Assembly (NCBI GenBank): GCA_951406725.2
Contig: OX597819.1
Coordinates: forward strand, 110,484,001 to 110,548,000
Direction of reading: 5' to 3'
Length of the DNA stretch: 64,000 bases
DNA from: Octopus vulgaris
Lineage: Eukaryota
Every line of letters begins with the position of its first letter. Within the stretch, counting starts at the first letter, position 1. Below, in pieces: positions 58,035 to 64,000 of the stretch. The position numbers and the translations under genes were made by a program. Under the pieces are notes generated by a model. That model was given only the letters and a program-made list of their open reading frames with translations, was not told the DNA's origin and did no database searches.

Positions 58035-58074
<40 letters not shown>

Positions 58075-58304
58075 TGTGTATAGAGAGTTGAAACATTCCT
58101 GTCAACCTGAGACCTTGAAGACTCCTTAAATGCAAGAAAGTATACTAGTCCCTTAATATTTGATATTCAATATTTCATCTATACAATAAGGCAATCAATA
58201 CTTCATTTCATTTTACTATATATACTATTTATACTATATATTCTATATTCTACATTAATATCATAAAGAATATAAATAAAACATAAAAAACAGAGTTGGA
58301 ATTC

Positions 58305-58344
<40 letters not shown>

Positions 58345-58558
58345 TAGGCTTGGCGATGCTAATAATGTGGTGTTAGAACTCAGTATTCATCTGCTTCAGA
58401 ACGGGGCGTCAGTGGAGTACAGAGCTGTAATAAGAAATTAAAACGACAAAGGTATCGACAATTAATATGAACTTCATTAGCTAATGAAGTATATAACGTC
58501 ATCGTTTATTCCTTTGTCATTCTAACTGCTCAAATTGCTCAAATATATATATATATAT

Positions 58559-58976
58559 ACTCTTTTACTCTTTTATTTGTCTCTGTCATTTGGCTGTGTC
58601 CATGCTGGAGCACCGCTTTTAGTCGAGCAAATCGACCCCAGGACTTATTCTTTGTAAGCCTAGTACTTATTCTATCGATTTCTTTTACCGAACCGCTAAG
58701 TTACGGGGACGAAAACACACCAGCATCGGTTGTCAAGCGATGTTGAGGGGGACAAACACAGACATACAAACATACACACACACGTATATATATATATACA
58801 TATACATATATACGACGGGCTTCTTTCAGTTTCCGTCTACCAAATCCACTCACAAGGCTTTGGTCGGCCCGAGGCTATAGTAGAAGATACTTACCCAAGG
58901 AGCCACGCAGTTGGACTGAATCCGGAACCATGTGGTGCGTAAACAAGTTACTTACCACACAGCTACTCCTACGCCT
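58559..58976 (-). mobile_element. SINE family A, full length
   Basis: Colinear with 45189-45632. Confidence 0.92.
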
Positions 58977-58990
58977 ACATATATATATAT

Positions 58991-59061
<71 letters not shown>

Positions 59062-59984
59062 TATGCGGGAGGAGTATAAGCAACGAAAAAGTGCTCAGAA
59101 AAATGACTCAGGCGTGGCCAATGGTCAAAATGAAATTACGTATATTAAATAAAATTTTAATTCATGATTCATTAAAAATTATACCCACTTCCTAAAAATA
59201 AGATGTTTAGTTAATTTCAAGAATCATACACGCACACAGATAGATGGAGCTTGTAATGTTTTTTGGGCTCTGTCGAGGAAGGCCAATATTTCTGCTGCTG
59301 TTGTGGCTGCTTTGAAGATGTACTCTCAGACGCAGAGATAGTTTGTGAAGCGATAAGGGCTCCAGCTGTATGTTCATACTCAAGGAGATTTTACGATATT
59401 GTTGTCTTGATAAATTCATGTCTCTCACGCATTTATTTGGAAATTCTTCTTGAGTAACAGTATTTTCCATTACACTCTGAACTTCCTCTTTAAGTCAGCC
59501 GTTTTCAAATAATTAAATACCAATCCCATCCCAGTATATTCATGAAATTTTTCAGCATCCCCTCTTTATTATTGAAAAGACAAAAATAGGTTTAGCATCC
59601 TCATAATCGTGCCTTCTTCACCAAGATCTTTGGCACGGTTAAAATATTGGAAGCCATCTGGATTTTATAAAAAATGTCTATTTCTTCATCCCTTTTTAAA
59701 TCCCTTTTCCACCATCCCTCCAAGTACGATACATTTCTTTTGAGAAACATCGTTTTTAAGAAGTTGATGAAAACATTGATCTGAGAGATATCAGCACTTA
59801 GTTTCATTCATCGTGTACCCTATACTGCTAGTAGAAAAATGCCTGCTGTTCCTTGCCAAAAGAAGGGAGTGAGATGACTTCAACGATAGATACGGTCGAT
59901 ATAAACGGTTTTTAATTATCATAAGAATATAAAGGTATTGATGACAAAATCAGTAGAACGCCGAATTAACTATATTGTAGCATA

Positions 59985-61279
<1,295 letters not shown>

Positions 61280-61719
61280 TGTAGTTACTTCGCTCTATGT
61301 TTTGAGTTCAAATGACACCGAAGTCAACTTTCATTTTCTTTCTTCTGGGAAGGATAAAATAAAGTGACAATCATATAATGAGATCAATGTAATTAATTAT
61401 GGTAATTTATGTAAATGATATAGTGTAGCGTAGAAGACTTAGGGGACAAGTAAGAATTTAGGTCCCTTCGCTTAAGGAATAGGATTATTTTACATGGAAG
61501 GAGAGTCTCATATTTATAGACATACTCGTATACGTATACACACTGGCATGTACTAATACATACAAATACACACACTCTCATATCCATACATGCACTCATG
61601 AATGAATATGTGTTTGTGTGCGCATGTCCACACATGCACATATATGTAAAGTACATGCGCAATACATATCTGCATTCAGTTTCCAGCTGTGTGCATCAAT
61701 ACTTAAAAGAACATGCATA

Positions 61720-62372
61720 CATGATGGCCATCCACTCATGAACGAGGAAGACCATTGCTGAGCTTCGGGAACATTGTGCGCTCTAGGACTAACTTATATT
61801 TTGCATTTGCGGCTCCGTTGGTCGCTAAGGAGCCCTGCTCTTGACAAGCATACACGACTGCAAACATTGCAAATCAAGCTTTCCCCATTCACAACACCAG
61901 CAGTGCTCTTTCGAGCAGCACGCTTAAGTTCTTCATGCAGGATACTTGCTCTTTCAAAGGTGTCAAGCTCCTCCTTAACCTGCTTCCGCCATCTGTGGCG
62001 ATGACAGGCATTGCTCTCCCAGTCGGTCTCTTGCACATCACAGGCATTTAATGAGGACTTGACACAGTCCTTAAATCGCAGCCTTGATTTCTGCAGAGGT
62101 CTCTTTTCACTTACAAGTTCTCCATATAGCATCTGTTTAGAGATTCTGCTATCCTTCTTTCTAATAAGTTGTCCAGTCTCACGTAACCAGTGCTTGTGCA
62201 CCATCGCCTCAATACGCAAGATATCAGCTGTTCTCAGGACCTGTATCTGGAGCTTTTAAGGTCAAGCCAGCATTCAGAATGTGTCTTAGACATCTCTGAT
62301 GAGAGTGCTCAATTACCTTTACATTACGTTTGTAAAGGGTCCATGTCTCACATGAGTAAAGAAGTGTTGTCA
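61720..62372 (-). mobile_element. RTE-BovB-type LINE 3' fragment
   Basis: LLYSCETWTLY..HQRCLRHIL..KQMLYGEL..RLRFKDCVK..CNVCSRVCLSRAGLLS, the typical RTE C-terminus with a degenerate C2H2 motif. Confidence 0.9.
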
Positions 62373-62415
62373 GTACATACATACATACATATGTGTGTAT
62401 GTGAAGCAGGGGTAA

Positions 62416-62458
<43 letters not shown>

Positions 62459-63661
62459 TGGGGGCGACGGTCGAACAAAATTAAAGAGGTCGCTTGTGTG
62501 CATGTATGTCTGTATAAATGTTTATATGTATGCGTGTGCATTTTGAGAGAATGTCGTGAGTGTAGTAAACTCGATGTTTATGAAACGAGGAAGTTGGGTG
62601 CGATTATCCAAGTGTATTTATATGTGTATGTGAATGTACGTGTAAGGGTGTGAGTGGGTACTTGCCAGTGTGCCTATATGTAAACGTGTAAATGCATGTG
62701 CGTATGAGTGTGGCAATGGAGATAGTGTATGCACGTGTGGGTGGGTGTAGATGTCTGCGGATGTTTATACTGGTTTACGTTTGTGAATGTGTTTAGACAT
62801 ACGTGTATATGTATGTATGTAGGTGTGTGCGTGCGTATGTGTGTATGTATGCTTTTGTGTCCATGTATGTATGCATGTATGTATGTGTGCGTGTATGTTT
62901 GCGAGTGAATTTCTCTGTGTGTACATGTTTGTATGCGTGCTCCTGCATGCGTGTGCATGCGTAGGTGTATATGAGTGTGTATATGTGATTATCTATTCAT
63001 AATTCAAGCACGTGTGTGTATTTTGTTGCTTCAAGACATAGCCCCGCCTACCACCAGACATGATCAAATTCATATAAAAAATGTGATGCAACAACGGCAA
63101 CAAAATAGGAAAAGTGCAACAAGAAGAGAAGCATGAACTTTTCATGAATAACAACAACAACAACAACAGCAACAGCATAAGCGACAACAACAATAACGAA
63201 AACACCAACAGCTGAACATAGCAAAAACAAGCATGGAATAAAATAATAACAACGAAGGTAATCATGAAAAAGTACGAAAACAATAACAAAAAACAATAAA
63301 AAACCCTAATAGGTCTTACAGATGAACAATAAATAAAATAAATAAATAAAATGAAAGCCGTAAAGATTTCAATAGACATTAAGAAACATATAAATAATGG
63401 ATTGTTGAAAGTAACGAAACGAAAAGAATAAACCCAGACAAAAGGTAGAAAACGGAACGAAACTAAATTACATGTTTTATGTTTTATTTATTTTATGAGC
63501 ACACGTGACTAGTTTGGAACAGTGAAAGTAAGAAAGTTGAGATGGTGTTGGTGTTGGTGGTGGTGGTGCTGGGTAGAGGTTGTAGTTGATAGAAAAGGTG
63601 ATGGTGAGAGTGAAATACATGGTGGTGGTGATGGCGGTGTTATTTGAGACGGTCGTGTAAA

Positions 63662-63942
63662 TCTTTTACCTTTTACTTGCTTCGGTCATTGGACTGCGAC
63701 CATGCAGGGGCACCGCTGAACAAATCGACATTTTAAAAAAAGACTGGGCCTTATTCTATCGGTTTCTTTTACCGAACACTACTAGACTCCAGGAGCGTAA
63801 ACAAACCAATACTGATTGTTAAGCGATGGTCTCACACACACATACACACACACACTTACACACATACACACGCGCGCGCACACACACACGCGCGCACACA
63901 CACACGCGCGCACACACACACGCGCGCACACACACACGCGCG

Positions 63943-63982
<40 letters not shown>

Positions 63983-64000
63983 AACACCCTCAGACACGCA
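63662..64000 (-). mobile_element. Degenerate SINE family A 3' half running into (CA)n/(CG)n
   Basis: CTTTTACTTGCTTCGGTCATTGGACTGCGACCATGC. Confidence 0.7.

Larger units (their letters stand above)
56305..58038 (+). mobile_element. Non-coding tandem repeat, 843-bp unit x2 plus 48 bp, PLE pseudo-LTR or retrozyme-like
   Basis: Units start at 56305, 57148 and 57991 and appear identical; both ends lie in (TA)n; one hammerhead-like motif per unit. Confidence 0.85.

Overview
Eukaryotic, AT-rich, extremely microsatellite-dense DNA with no convincing host protein-coding exon. The repeat landscape suggests a coleoid cephalopod, probably Octopus; this is an inference. Almost all long ORFs in the track are translations of simple repeats. 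The real content is transposon debris: three tRNA-headed SINE families (about 30 copies or fragments), four CR1-type LINE pieces (one with an open 584-aa RT frame), an RTE-BovB fragment and an R4/Dong-type 3' end. There are also Penelope-like element (PLE) remnants lodged in (TA)n, two Tc1/mariner-superfamily elements with TIRs (one nested in a mariner), hAT MITEs and a tandem Helitron-like element. The most interesting signal is RNA structure. Two dissimilar non-coding partial-tandem repeats (496-bp and 843-bp units) each carry a hammerhead-like ribozyme with both core motifs (CUGAAGA, GAAA) and all three stems, but with the strands in a non-circularly permuted order. A fold-back element carries hammerheads split by a ~170-190-nt loop II. 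The commonest SINE shares a covarying two-hairpin 3' end with the CR1 LINEs.
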